Source: Octopus vulgaris
Taxonomy: Eukaryota
Length of the DNA stretch: 64,000 nt
Direction: 5' to 3'
Assembly (NCBI GenBank): GCA_951406725.2
Contig: OX597815.1
Span: forward strand, 148,180,001 to 148,244,000
Below, piece by piece: positions 12,992-28,749 of the stretch. The translations under genes and the position numbers were made by a program. The notes below the pieces were generated by a model. The model was not told the origin of the DNA. It saw only the letters and a list, made by a program, of their open reading frames with translations, and did not search any database. Positions within the stretch are counted from its first letter, which is position 1. The number at the start of each line of letters is the position of its first letter.

Positions 12992-14984
12992 GTGTGTTTG
13001 TTTGTACGTCTGTGCGTCTGTGTGTTTCTGAATATACATACAGACTTACGTATGTGTACGTGTGTTCTTTGTTATAGATGCGTAATCAGTTATGCTGTGG
13101 GTTTCGATTTCCCGTTTAAATATGTTCATGAACCACAAATGGTTGTTAGAATTGTGCTGATTTTGACTGCATGCAAGTTATTTTCTTACATTATTGTTAT
13201 CGTGTGTGTTGGCCAAATTTATTCTGCTGATAATAATACATATTTCGTGAAGAACTAATTAAAGTGTTGTGGCAAAATTCTAATTCTGCACAGTAATGTC
13301 CATGTTTAAATAAATACATATGCCGCTCTATGGTCATAAAGTGTCGACAGTTTATTAGTTATACAGTTTATATAGCAGTGTGTATAAATATTGAAACTAG
13401 CTGCATTAAGATAGGAATAGGTGGAGAGATAGCAGTAGACAATTCAATTCAATGTATACATAAGTAGAAATATTAAACAGAAAAGAATATAAGTGATTTA
13501 TATGAAATATTTATTCAGAGGAACACTATAACGGTGTTGTCATCGTATGCCAAAATTTCTAGGTACAGTCTATACAATTGAAAAGGCAATCGAGAGTAAA
13601 GAATTACATCTAAAATGCAGATGAGATGCTGTGCAGTTCGATATATTCAGCAGCATTGTTTGAATAAAATGATGTGTTTGAGTGCATACAAATTTCGTAC
13701 TGGGAATATAGAGAACATTTTTCTTGGTCTCCAGTATTGATGCTATCATAATGCATAATGAAAGACAGCGTAATGCAATACGTTTATGCACAAAGTTTTA
13801 TGCGTGTCTCTATACATATATTCTACTTTCTGTATCACATACGCTTATATGCTTATGGTCCACATTCCGATGTAAAAGGGGTTGCTACTATTTATATCCG
13901 CATTGCGATTTCTTATAATGTTTTTATATAGCTTTTATTTTATTGTGTAAATGTTCTAACAATTTCTTTTAAAGTAACATCTTGTTCTTTATATATGGTG
14001 TATTATACGTTAATATTTCATTGTCATAACTTTTCAAATTTCTCTTCAAGGAATTGCAATATATGCACATACAAGTAATCACGCTGATACAGCGAAATTG
14101 TTGATATCAAATCACAATGATATCTTTAGGCGTACAAGAACAGATGCACAGCGTAGTCACTAGTAAGCAAAAACACTTGTTACCATATATCAGCCTTGTT
14201 CATATCTGTATTGTGTATCTATATATTCAAGAGTGAGCATAGACGCCCTATTGCTACTACTAGTACTCATTACCAGGCAAAACGCAATGGATATCTCTTT
14301 AGTACATACGAAAATTCAAGACCAAAGCTGAAATATTTTGCATACAATGTCTGGCCTTTTACGCTTGAAATTGGGTTAAGTCTTACCAAACAAATAAAAA
14401 AATTCAATTTACAAATCAAGTTACCGTCACGCTATAATAATCCCGAATATTCAATCTCTAACTATCTGTATCTGACTCTTACTATCCTCCTTCTTACCCT
14501 TCACCGTGTTTGTTTCCTTTTTTTTTTCACCCAATCACCTAATAAAGAATATACACATAGAAAAAAGTACATACATTGTAATATATACCTATAATTTAGT
14601 ACATATTACTATATGAAAATTTCAACACATAGTTAATAAGTTCCATAGTCCTTTTTACATCTATCTCTAAGCTTCAGCCACTAATTGAGCTTGCACTTTT
14701 CACATACTTTCTTAATAATTCCTGCAAGCACTCGTTATTACGTACTTTTTAAAACCAATATCTTTAAAAAATGTCTTTGCAAGGACGCACACGGCTTCTC
14801 TCCAGTAAATAGATTCACGTTAGAATCACATTTTACCAATAAAAGAAAACCGTTTATTCTAGACTACAATGCATGTAGACATGTCATTTAGTATTCCCGC
14901 ATAAATAACGTTACAATAAAGATATTTGTTTAATAATGATGCTCTAGGCACCATTAGTGTCAATATGATAAAATATGGCTTAGG

Positions 14985-15108
14985 AATGAAGACCGAGGTT
15001 CGAACTATCCCCAACACACCTTAAGAAGCCGGGAGAGTATATCAGCCGAAACGTTGTGTGAACAACAAACAAGATGAGGACAAATATCCGTCGAATGTAA
15101 ATAATGTA
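14985..15108 (+). repeat. Short interspersed repeat with a decayed HHR core (second copy at 52760-52880, minus strand)
   Basis: acac-CTTAAGA-...cagcc-GAAA-cg-TT-gtgt followed by aacaagatgaggacaaatatccgtcgaatgtaaataat, matching the reverse complement of 52760-52880. Confidence 0.65.
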
Positions 15109-15415
15109 TCTGATTTCTATTTCTATTAATTTGTTTGGGATTTTTTCATCATTTGTATCGCTTTCTGTTTACGTGTTGCTCTTTGTCAAAGGAATGTCAA
15201 AATTAGAATTGGTTTATGAAAGAATGGGAAACTATATATTTCTCTCTTATAGGCGTTCCTGGGGTGCTCACGAATCCACTCACCTGAAGACCTGAAGTTA
15301 CACAACTACTGCTGGATCATATTAATGAATGAATATGCAAGATGTGTGAAATTACCAGCTGATACTATTGTATACAAACATTCTAATGTTTTGGATTAAA
15401 ACCCGATCATGACTT

Positions 15416-15522
<107 letters not shown>

Positions 15523-16479
15523 CACAAATATATATATATATCTAGCAGTATATTGGATATATATTATCCCATGGTGGGTTGAATTTTCAACCCCTATCTC
15601 ATTTTATAATATATAAAAATATATATATATATATGACAACCATGGTTATGAACAAATTTCCAATCGTTTATTCAGTAAAAGGAGAATACATACTGTACAA
15701 TAGCATATGGTAGCCGATAGCTATAGAGGTGCTTCGTAAAGCAAGCCATAAGTTTATTCCCCAGATGATATTAAAAATACACACTCGTGCGAACGCACAG
15801 CAAATTGCAACCAAGTCAAGAGTATTTCGTTCCGTTTATGCGATTATAATATATTACTAAGAATATTAAGGTCAGTATTAAACCTTACCATGTGTTGAAA
15901 TGCGATAGTTTTACATTTCAGTTAATCTGTACATTTCCTATAGCATTCGGAGATATCACTGCAAATTACGGTGTTTCGTAAACGATTATGTCTATGTCAA
16001 CAATCTGATCGTAAATAGAAAAAAAAAATGTAATTGATGTATATGCATATTTCAGGAATTATTGCTGTTTCACCAGCATTCCTCTAACCCTTACTCCCGT
16101 GTAAATCTCAAGTATACTTCATGGTATAAATAAAATAATGTTCGTTTGTTAGCAATTAAATATTCTCTACCAGTTGCCAGAAATGTGTTTTAATACACAA
16201 ATTGATCTATCTAATTGTGCTACAGGACTAAACGTTGTAAGTATGAAGATATGTGCGTGTGTGTGGATAATTGCTACATGAAAGTTCTGATGAAAGAGCA
16301 ATAGCCCTTGAAATATACATATACACCCATGACCTATTATTTCTATGTTCGATCACATTGTTTGCTTAGAAGTATTCGTTTTCAAAACGTCGAATCTTTT
16401 ACGGCTGGTTCTGAATTTTATAGAAAAATCTATAATAATAGCCTAAAATATTAATAAATACACACACTTACACACATAC

Positions 16480-16578
<99 letters not shown>

Positions 16579-18094
16579 GTATATATATACACACACATAT
16601 ATATATATATATATATACATATATATGTATATGTATATACATATATATATATATAAAAGATAGATAGATAGATATGTAGATATATATATATATATATTTA
16701 GACGTATATTATGTATTCGATTAGATTGAATGATGAGTTTTTGACGTTTAACAGGAATGCATATAAATGAAAATTTTATTTTCACGAGTTTACTTAACGA
16801 AGGTACTGTGTACGCTCCCGTACTTGTGGGATGGATTCATAAAATATTTACACCAAATCTGAAGGCTTTTTCTTCGATAAGAATTCAACTAATGCATACT
16901 CAAAGACATCAACAAGGACAATACAAGAATACAGAGACAGAAACACTCACAGGCACAAAAGTACAATCTCACTCACACGCATACGTATGAATCTATGATT
17001 ATTCATATGTGAGCCTGCTCAGTGCTTTTAATCAAAACAATATCAACCGCAAATTGAATTTAATCTAATCATAGTTATTGTCTGTCGTTTTTGATGTATG
17101 TTATTTGTATATAACGTATATGGGAGTAAAGCAGCTGAGCGTAAAGATAATTGTTCAATATTATTGTTCGTTTATTATTTTCCTGAGAAGGCTAAACGTA
17201 TTAATCTCCATATTTTATATCTATTATTTTTTTCTTCTTCCTTGTCGTAGACTTTTGGTATACATGAGGCGAAAATGTTGTTCATTCTTAAAATAACTTT
17301 TGGGAATTTGCTATTAAGCCTTGTGTATATGACGTGATTTAAATAAGACTTCTTTTATAATTTATGAAATAGATTCAATATCCCTTTTAAAATTGGTGTG
17401 AATGTTCATTATTTATTTACACCTCATGATAAAATTAATAAAAGAGGTTTTTGTGGTTCTTTCATAGATGGCAATTTTGCATTTTCATTAAATAATTTTT
17501 TTATAACTAAACTTTTGTAAAAAATAATATAGATATTATGTTTAAAAAAAACACTAATTTATATTCGAAATACCACTTATTTTCCGTTTTCATAAATAAT
17601 AACTTTTACTAAGGATATCTATATTTCAGAGTTTTACGGGCGTTATAAATCATCAACACTAAGAATATTTCCGAAACTGTAAGCGGTGAATTCGTTAGTT
17701 TCTGACGAAAGAGTCATAAATATAGAACCGAACTAAATTAAAGGCGAAGAAATATCGTAGTTGAGGTATTTAATTCTCCTTGGATAAGGATCTTACTTGA
17801 CGACCGCATGTTTTCCTTCTTAGTCTCGCAGAGCAGCGCCAAGGGGACCAGAGCCTACTATACTATAACTTACAAGAGAATTTAGAGGCTGAAATTCTGT
17901 GGAAGAACGTCGTATTTATCTTTCTACTGACCGTTCCTTTCTCCTCGTTCTGACGAAGATCTATACTCGAAACGTAAAAAATCCATCTCTTTTTCTCCGC
18001 CATTACTGAGTGTGAAGCTACAACATCCCCTGTGTACGTTCATTAATTGTTTGGTTATTTGTTATTTCATTCTTATTTTTTTCAATCATATATA

Positions 18095-18290
18095 TGACTG
18101 CAGTCACCCTGGAGCACAAAATTAAAGTGTTTTAGTCGAAGAAATCAAGCTTGGAGCTTATTCTTTGGAAGCCTAGTACTTATTTCATCGGGCTCTTTTG
18201 CCGAACAACTCAGTTTCGGGGACATAAATACACCAGTATCAGTTGTCAGGGGATGGCGGCAGGGGAGTGCACAGATACACACACACATGC
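18095..18290 (-). mobile_element. SINE family A, 3' half
   Basis: gcctagtacttatttcatcgggctcttttgccgaac is the reverse complement of the family body. Confidence 0.75.
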
Positions 18291-18293
18291 ATA

Positions 18294-18369
<76 letters not shown>

Positions 18370-18371
<2 letters not shown>

Positions 18372-18372
18372 T

Positions 18373-18435
<63 letters not shown>

Positions 18436-18436
18436 T

Positions 18437-18491
<55 letters not shown>

Positions 18492-18492
18492 T
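18370..18492. repeat. (GATA)n microsatellite
   Basis: Near-perfect tetranucleotide run read directly from the sequence. Confidence 0.95.
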
Positions 18493-20730
18493 ATCCAAGT
18501 TTCGAGGTGTAGGAAGGAAATGAGCTTCAAGAAAACCGTAGAAAATATTTATAAAAAATCACTTTTCGGGAACAATAGCAGTTTATTGGTGCGGAAGGCT
18601 GTAAATCTTTCCTGTATCCAAGTAGAATAAGCTGAACAAAATTATTTTACAATTCACACTTGGCAGCCAGGGTTGCCGGGCAAGCAAATAAGAATACAAG
18701 TGTTAAAGAATGGAGTAGAGAAAGTCCGGGTTACATACGTTTAATAACGGAGAACTTCGGAAGTAGTAAATATCCAAGTGAGATGTATATCGTATGCTGA
18801 CGGGTTTCTTTCTACCAAGCCCACTCACCCGACTTTGATAAACCCGAAGTTTTAGTAGAAGACACCAGCCCAATGTGCTATGCCGTGTGACTGAAACCGA
18901 ACCATTGTGGTTAGGAAACAAATTATGTTGTGTATGCGCGTGTGTATACACACGCACGCACATACACATACACACGCACACACACACACACACATACATA
19001 CGTATATATATATATATGGGCCAGTGCGTCTGTGTGCCCGTGTTTGTCTCTCGCACTAGTAATTGGTCACCCAATATTGGTTGTTATAATCTCAGTTACG
19101 TAACGGTTTGCCAAAGAATCTGACAGAATAAGAAATATATAAACGGTAATTACTGGTGTCAATCCTTTGGGATAGAGCTCCAGCATGAGCACAGTACAAT
19201 GTTTTAAAAAAGTAAAAATGGAGATAATAGATACATCCACACGCATTTTGCGTCTCCCTCTCGTCCTGTATAAATGCTTGTATCCTCATCTTTCTCTTTC
19301 ACTTTAGATTGAATGCATTTCTCTCCCCCGGCCATTTATATTAAGGTCTTCTTTATCCATAGAAAATAACCTACTTTACCTTTAACTATTCTAAGCTATT
19401 CTATAACAGTTCCTTTTATACGATTGAAGATATTTGTCGGGAGATAACTTGTAGTTACGTGGACTTGTTTCTGGAAATGATTTCGGAGAACATTTACAAA
19501 CGAGGAAGCACCAATGAACATACTATCTTCAAGTTCATAAAGTAACCTTTCCATAATAATTTACTACAATTCCTATAAACAATATAAATCTGAAGTAGAC
19601 ATGGAGTAGAAGGGGAATATAATTTATCAACTATAGAATTGTGACACAAAGACTTTAACGAACAATTAATCACACGGTCGATTTCGTAATAGTTAAGTGT
19701 TTAACCATTTAACGAGCAAATAATAATATACGAAATGGACCTAATGTGTGTCTTTCTTACTGGTATAATGACCCTCCCTTTCTACAATAAATAATCTATA
19801 TTACATATGGTGAATTTAAAGAAGTTCAGAAGTAATATAAATAAATCACAAAATCACAATATTAAATATCAAATTAATTACAAATGAAGTGAAAAAAAAT
19901 TAGTTACAAACATTTCTAATCAACCCAACAAGAATATGTACGATAAATATTGATTGAAAGCAATCAAATATTGAAAACCAATTCAAAGGATAATGCCACG
20001 ATTGTCTTAAACCTTGATATATCTCTGCTAAAATGTTTGCTATTGAAATAGATATAATGAAAGATGAGGCCGCTGTGCTTCTCAATATGGTAAAATATTA
20101 TACTTTTTACAGTTCATAGACAAGCTTTAGTAACTCTGTGCAATGATGTTTTTCAACATTTCCATACGAGATTAAGATATTATACTTAAAATCATATTAC
20201 ATTCTAACATGCCTTTAATGAGACGTAAAGCACATTTAACTAAATAGCCTAATTTCTTTTCAATATTTGAATAGATTTTCTAACCTGTCATTTTTATATA
20301 GCATATATAGAACTAGAACTATACGATTTTTGGATGCATTCATATAGCTGCATTAAACTAATCGAAATAAATCGCGTCCATTAGCTATAGAGATAATAAA
20401 AAATAATACAGGCAAAAAATATCTATCCTCTGTATCAAAGCAGATCAGTAATATAGATCGTACGAAATATTGTCTCAATAAAATGTCGGCAATTCTAATG
20501 GTAGTTGAGATTCCTTTATATAGCGCTTAACACTTTGGTCCTTACAGTTACAATAGAAAATTCAGAAAATCCCAACTTCAGACACTTAATGCATATTTTC
20601 AATATTCTTTGACATTTGTACCCATAGCGAAAAGTGTCACCTTCAGATATGTCTTTCAGGTTAACGTTGATTTATATATGCGGTGCATGTGAGTATATGT
20701 GTGTGTGAGTGGGTAGGTGTGGCTATCCAA

Positions 20731-20777
<47 letters not shown>

Positions 20778-20875
20778 TATATGTGTGTGTGTGTTTGTGC
20801 GTGGCTTAAACAAGTAAATTATCAAAGGTAGGTATAAATATAAATTATTTATTATTATTATTATTATTATATTAT

Positions 20876-21425
20876 TGAGTGAGATAGCAGTTCAAGCCAT
20901 CAAAGTGACACTGGGGTAAAATATACGAAGCCCAATATACCCATCATGACTACCCGTCTGATAAGGGTACACCAGGGACATGCATCACAACCATATGTGC
21001 GCGACATGGTGATCTCATATCAAGATAAATAGCACATAACCTTGCAGGTGGGGCCCAGTTAGAATTTTCTTCAGGTTGAGTAGCCCATCCCGCTCAAAAG
21101 GTCCCTGAATATGGATTGTTTAAGGATGTTGAAAGAACCACCCATGTTTCCAGAGGTGAATTATTCAAACCCTAAAGAATCCCTCTCAACACATGGCTAT
21201 GATGCTCCCCCCCAACTTCTGCTCGTGATCAGATATGCAGATATCGTTAGCCACTAAGGGACATGCTCAACTTGTTAAGGTCAAACAACTGACAAGCAAA
21301 TCTGTGGTATTGAGCAGAATATTTGCTGTAGCCAATCTTTTATACCAAGACAAAACAATGTACATGATAACACTTCCAATCAGTTAAGATCAGAAGCCAT
21401 GAGAGCCACTGCCTGGTACTGCATC
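20876..21425 (-). mobile_element. ~550 bp non-coding (TAA)n-flanked element, copy 1
   Basis: High-identity reverse complement of 61094-61650, with (TTA)n on both sides. Confidence 0.88.
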
Positions 21426-21665
<240 letters not shown>

Positions 21666-22486
21666 CAATGCCTACCTACAAGGAACTACCAGGCCAATAT
21701 ATTAAAGAACGGCAGTAGCTCAACATGTCGTGTATGTCAACAACAAAATGAAACCATTGATCATGTTGTCTCCAAGTGCAGTCTTCTTGCGCCTACAGAG
21801 TATCTCAACAGGCATGATAGAGCTGCACAATATATTCACATGGTAATTTGCAAAAAACCTGGATTTGCCCCATGAAAAAAACTGGTAGGAACACAAACCA
21901 CCTCCATTGCTTGAAAATGACCACATCTCACTCCGCTGGAACTTCACCATTCAAACTGACAGAATGATAGATGCGAATAGGCCAGACATCACAGTAAAAG
22001 ACTTCAGATAAAAAAACACGCCTCCTCATTGATATGACTGACTCAATCGATATCAACGCATCTGTCAAGACCTACCAGAAACTGAGCAAATATAAAGATC
22101 TGGAAATAGAAATCAGCAAAATGTGGAACATGAAGACTAAAACACTGTCTGTTGTCATAGGTGTCCTGGGAATGATAGCAAAAGGGGCTGATTACTACCT
22201 AACTCAGATACCATGAAACCCAAAATGGCAGAAATTCAAAAGATAGTGCTCATGGGAACTGTTCATATCCTACACAAAATACTTTCTATGTAATCTCAAG
22301 ATTTAAAACAAACATACATTTCGTATGGTTTTTTAGACATTCTCTAGTATAACACTAAATACAAAACCAAATATATGGCACCCTAGGCATAACACCAACA
22401 CGAACTTCCAACTTGTTGTCTCTTGAGTTCTCTGGGTGAGACTTGGAGCCGGCTTGTGAAAATGTGAAGCAAAAGTCAAACATAGA
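21666..22486 (+). mobile_element. 5'-truncated R4/Dong-like non-LTR retrotransposon (Zn knuckle + restriction-like endonuclease + 3'UTR), degenerate
   Basis: TRNYQANI...CRVCQQQNETIDHVVSKC...YLNRHD, NRPDI, KLSKYKDLEIEISKMW, VVIGVLGMI. It has stops and frameshifts and is followed by (TAA)n. Confidence 0.88.
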
Positions 22487-22710
<224 letters not shown>

Positions 22711-23754
22711 CTTAGTTATGGCATATTCTATTCAGAACGTAGTAGGGTGCACTACAGTATTAAGCTCGCGTACCGAGGAATTCGTTTGGTAGATACTGCG
22801 ACGAAAGTGTAGTACTGCGAATGACGCCCGGTAGCCACAAGTGACGAACGTGCTCTCGCGGTACACTGCAAGGGACACATCCAAAACAAGGCTTCGTATA
22901 TATATATTTATATATATATATGTATGTATGTCGGGACATCAGCATAGCAACACTGGCTGACGAGCGGTTGTAGTGGACAAACACTGACTGAAGGACGTAT
23001 ACACATGGATGTATATACGTCGAATTTCTTTCATTGTCCGTCTACCAAACCCACTCGCTATGCTTTAGTCTTTTGCGGACTGTTACAAAAGACACATAGC
23101 CAAACTGATGTGCATGTACACACGCACACACGCACGCAACTCTCTCACGCATACATACATGCACACACAAATATATAGATATATATATATCTATGTGAGT
23201 GTCCCTTTATACGAATGTGTATTTGTATATATGTGCCTAAGTCTAATTTATGGGGGAGTTTTATATGTGTATGTGAGGCATGTAGATGATTCAGATACAC
23301 GATGTCTAGTAATAAATAAAGATGAGTTAATATCCCTTAACTTCACTCCCTGGCTTGTTTCAGACATTAAACTGTGGCCATAATGGAGCACCGCCTTCAA
23401 AAATTTTATAATCAAATATAGCGACCCCATTAATTATTTTTAAAAAGCCAGGTACGTATGCACTCGGTCTCTTTCGCAGAAGCTCTAAATTACGGTGATA
23501 TAAGCATACTGGCACCGTTTGTCAAGCGATGATATGCCACAAGATATATTGCGAGATTATTCAGCATGGAATTGTGGGAACATTTGCAAGCTATTAACTA
23601 CAAATATTATTGCAAACTCCAACAAGTCTTATGTATCTCTTTAACAAAAAATTCTGTTAACTGGAATTACAGTTTCATAAACGGATTCTTTCTTTTATTC
23701 ATTTCTTCGTTTCAACCATGCACTTGCGATCATGCTGGAGCACCACCAAATCTT

Positions 23755-23905
23755 ATACATACATACATACATGCATACATACATACATACATACATACAT
23801 ACATACATACATACATGCATACATACATACATACATACATACATACATACATACATACATACATACATACATACATACATACATACATGCATGCATACAT
23901 ACATA
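23755..23905. repeat. (TACA)n microsatellite
   Basis: Read directly from the sequence. Confidence 0.95.
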
Positions 23906-24569
23906 TACAACTGCAATTTCTAATCAGAATTACCAAAATTGATGAAATGTAAAGTAGGTGGGAGATTAATCTGGTAATCACGAGTGTAGATGGCAGAGTG
24001 AAGTTATTAATTATAGAATATTTAAAAGGCTACTCTAAATGACATCTACTCTAAAGATATCATTAAACATAGTGACCTTACTTATAAATGCTGACACTAG
24101 TAATATGGTCTTCTCTACCAGTAGAGTGCAGGTGCCAAGTACGACGCCTGAGTTTATCGACAACATATGTGAGAAATTCTGTCTGTGGAGTTGTTACCTA
24201 ACTCATACTACATCATTTTATTGATTTTGATGAAACGTGAAATGTGAGTGGAAGTCATGTCTTGAAACATCATGGCATACTTCGATAGTTAAAAACAAAT
24301 TGATCATAGGGCCCCTGGTAGGGATCCTTATGTATATATATATATATATATCCTTATGTATATCTTATGTATATCTATATCCTTATGTATCCTTATGTAT
24401 ATCTATATTCATTTTAACAGGCAAGGGAAATAACCCATTCTCCCAGATTTTAACAGCCAGTGAAAATAACCAATTCAATTCCCGGAATCATTTTGTGTAA
24501 ACCAAATTGAGTATGCTTATTTCTTAGTATTTTGTACCGTTAGAGTTATTTTCGCTGTATATCCAGTAC

Positions 24570-25092
24570 AACACTTAACCACGTAAATGGTATTTTCCTA
24601 AAAACAGATCCACTTATTTCGTGATATATTCACGAATATACCAACACTAGCGCCCTTAGGGTAATATTCTCTGGGAACGCACGAAAATCTTTTTCAAAGT
24701 TATTTGAATTGTTATTATCTCATATATGATTAGTCTGTTATTACGTAACATGCTTCACAATAGATGTTTTGTATTGATGTTTTGTACTAAGTTCTATATA
24801 CTCTGGGAACGCATTAAAGCCCTTTTCAGGGCTATTTTATTTGAAATATTACTATCGGGTTACTAATTTTATGTTATTACATAACCAACTTCACAATTTG
24901 GGTATACATAACTTATTGGGATTTCCTAAAAACAAGATCCAGTGGAAGACAGTTCTGTAGTCTCTGGAAATACACGAAAAGTGTTTTAAGGGCAACATAC
25001 TTTGTATTGTTATTGGATTAGCGAAACAGTTATGAGAACGGAACCAATGGACGAGCCCCGCTTTCCCGGGAATTACCGGGTACGTCAGCTGG
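24570..25092 (+). mobile_element. Probable non-autonomous Helitron 3' portion with internal degenerate tandem units
   Basis: Three related units begin ctctgggaacgca / ctctggaaataca at ~24668, 24800 and 24961. They are followed by a GC hairpin CCCGG-gaatta-CCGGG (25065-25080) and CTGG (CTRR) at 25089-25092. Confidence 0.55.
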
Positions 25093-25142
25093 CGAAAAAA
25101 TATTTGGATACAGTTATCGCCGGAGCTAGAAGATTACAAAGA

Positions 25143-25216
<74 letters not shown>

Positions 25217-25220
25217 ACAT

Positions 25221-25266
<46 letters not shown>

Positions 25267-25569
25267 CTTTGAATTAGTAAAATTAATTTACTGCAGCGGG
25301 GTTACACATCATCTAATAAATAGATTTCCTGGAAATGTGATGTGTACCTGCGCATGAAGTTTCGCTTATTTATTTCGTATGTGTAACACTTGAGAAAAGC
25401 CCAAAGTTATTGATAAACGCTTTAAAAATATACTTCGTTTCAAGTATTATAAAAGTACTCTTCAAAATGTAAAATATTATATACCCTGGCAATTGACATT
25501 TTAGGGATGCGGTTTGTGGAATAGGCAATGTCGTCACTTTACTCATTTTTTTTCTTGTTTCGATAATTT

Positions 25570-25932
25570 TACTGCAGCCACGCTGGAGCACAGCATTTAG
25601 TCGAATAAATCTACCTAAGGACATTTTTTATTTGTAAGCCTAGTACTTATTTTATCGGCATCTTTTCCCGAACCGCTAAGTTACGGGGACCTAAACCCAC
25701 CAACATCGGTGGTCAAATGATGCTGGGGGGACAAACACAGACACAAAAATACATGCATACATGCATATATATATATATACAATACGGGCTTCTTTCAGTT
25801 TCCATCTACCAAGTCCACTCAAAAGGCTTTGGTTGGGTCGAGGCTATAGCAGAAGATTCTTGCCCAAGGTGTCTCGCAGTAGGACTGAACATGGAACCAT
25901 GTGGTTAGGTATCAAGCTTCTTACCACACAGT
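25570..25932 (-). mobile_element. SINE family A
   Basis: Near full-length reverse complement of 49936-50408. Confidence 0.85.
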
Positions 25933-27339
25933 TACTATTTATAAATTGAATGCTTTATCTTCCCTCATATGTAAACAGGGTACAGTGTTCCAATATAGAG
26001 TTTTCTAATAGTTTTCTTTTCTAATATAGTGGTCGCACAGTACAAAGCAAGTGCACATACACATATTCAACATACATATATACATGTATGTAAATATATC
26101 TTATAAATTATTGGTAAATAACCCGCAGGGTAAGCCAAATTTTATCAATTCAACATAGTTTGAAATTTTTGGATAAATACCTTTGTAGATTATAACTCTT
26201 ACTACTGTTAGTGACATTACATTAGAAGACGAAAATATTTCAACCGAAAACGAACGTATGTTTTACAGAAACTTCTATAATTTATTAAAAGACCTTTGTC
26301 ATGTGATCTGTACTGCTTCGGGTCTTTTTATCAAAGTATTACCAGCAACCGTATCATCTTAGATTTAATCTTATTTATATTTCGTTTCCTTTTGAAGTGA
26401 TTAGTATACAACAAACTGGAGCATAATTCAACAGAGCGTAAAGATAATTGTCCAATATAAAAAATATATATATTCTTAAAGTTCATTTTCCTAAATATAT
26501 TATTCTTACCACGTATCTTTTTAAGTTACTGCTTAGAGAAGTATTTTGTAAGAAGTTTGATAAAAAAATAATTCATTCTTCTGGAATTAATTATCACTCT
26601 TTCGTCTTCGCATTTGTATTTCTTTCACATCTAAAATGCTTGTTCTCATATCACGTAAAATAAATAAAATATATTACTATAAATTGTCATTACATATACA
26701 CACGAGATCCTTTATTTATTTGGAAAATAAGTCTTAACTTGATTTAGGAAAAAATTCTTGTATGAAATATTTATGTCCTTATTACAAATATTACAACGAT
26801 TAAGTTTTAATAGACAAATTTTGAATTTGCAATATCGGATATTCTCAGTTTTTATCAGTATTATCTGATACTATGCAATACTCTCATTTTGGAATTCAGC
26901 GACATCGTAGTCATAGACTCATAAAATTTTTGGTCATTCAAGACAAACAATATTATATATTAAGCTTCCTCTCAGACATTTTTTTCACATACGCAGCTGT
27001 CATCCTTTGTTAATTACTATTATATTATTTGCCATCGTTTTCACCATCACTTGCATAGAAACTCAAACAGGCTATTTCTATTCAACTCTACCGAAAATAT
27101 TTCTCTATACTTTACAGCTACAATATCGAAAGATATATTAAAATATTACAAATACTTAGTCCATCATACTGTGATTCAATTTGCTTATATATCCGTAATA
27201 TCCATTTGTCGGAGGTGGAAACTTCTAATTTAATCACATTCATTGAAACTTGAATACATAAACCTGAGTATAGAAAGATGCATAATTGCTACTGGTAATA
27301 TATGTTACACTCTTTCTTTTCCTCCTTCCTCTCTCTTTC

Positions 27340-27383
<44 letters not shown>

Positions 27384-28749
27384 TGATAATTATATTGAAA
27401 AGGGGGGTACAGTCAGAGTACAAGCATTGATTGCAATAGTAGTAAAAAAGTTTCTAAACCATTTTAATCACTTATGCAGACTGGTGTATGCGAGAAAAAT
27501 GAGTGAAACTGAAAAATCCAACTTGTCATTAGCGATTGAAAATCGCAAGACAGTTAAAGACGTATTTATGTCATATGATTTCGGGCCCTGTGAACAAACA
27601 TTTAGCCTTCATTAGTACGTATTGGAGAAACTGGATATATACAAGCTTGTCTGGAACAAAGCAAGGCAGAACTTGAAATCTTGGAGGGGAATGCAGATCC
27701 TGAATTAATACGCTACGAAGGCTCACGACATGTATCTATAATATAATGTCTGCATGTCCTTCTTAAAGGATGACAGTTAAACGAAGATAATTTCATTCAC
27801 AAACTTGCTAGCAATCGATGGCCAGTTAAAATTTACTCTAAATTACACAGAGAAAGACACACACACACACACACACTCAAACGCAGATATATATGAGTGT
27901 GTGGGTATATGTATGTAAACATATATGTACAATATATATATGTATATCCTTATAAATACGAACATACTTTAAAAAAATAGCCACATATTTGAATAGTAAT
28001 GCACATTAATATGCGAAAAGAATGTTTTCCCATGTTACATCCTTTTATAGTTTATATCTTAGAGATTGGGAGGATAAAGGTGGATTGCACTGCTCAGAAA
28101 GTACCACAGAAAGACGATCACATTTGAAATATTCCTCCTACAGCTTGAGTAAATGCAAGTTAAGATGCTGCGATAATGCTGGCCAAGTGTTTGGCATGTG
28201 TATTGTTATTCTGTTTCCTGATTGGCATACGCACAACGTCTACAAGAAATCTGACAACGGCGACTTCTCCGACAATTTGTAGAGAGTGTTAGTAAGAGAC
28301 GTGGCAAATTTGAAGAACAAGCAATAGGATGTACTTCCAATCTTTGGTAGCATTTCTTTCAAGAAATTATTTCGGTCTCGTTTTCCACGTTGGGATCGCT
28401 GCAATATACAGTGGTAAGGGTGTGAATAGTCATTATTGAAAGCATTTAACAAGATAGGCTAGATTCATAAAGATTATTCTCATGCGTTAGTTTTTGTATG
28501 TACTTATACTTGAGCCACTACTACTAGGTACACTTAGGTGCAATCCAACCTAGAAGTCTGATTTGGAAGATGTGTCATGTCATACGCGGAAAATGTGATC
28601 GTCAGAGTGTTCGTCATTAGACATATCGTGATAACAGGCATCGATCTAAAATAACAATGATGCAATGACAGAAATCGCAACCAACAAAAGCAGTCGGTAG
28701 ATCTTCAATAACCCTTCGATTCAGCAAAGGTAGAGGCAGAAAAATTCTA

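Noticed and set aside
24660-25000. Spaced repeats superficially resembling a CRISPR array
   Set aside because: Eukaryotic context, long degenerate units with homologous 'spacers', and no cas genes.
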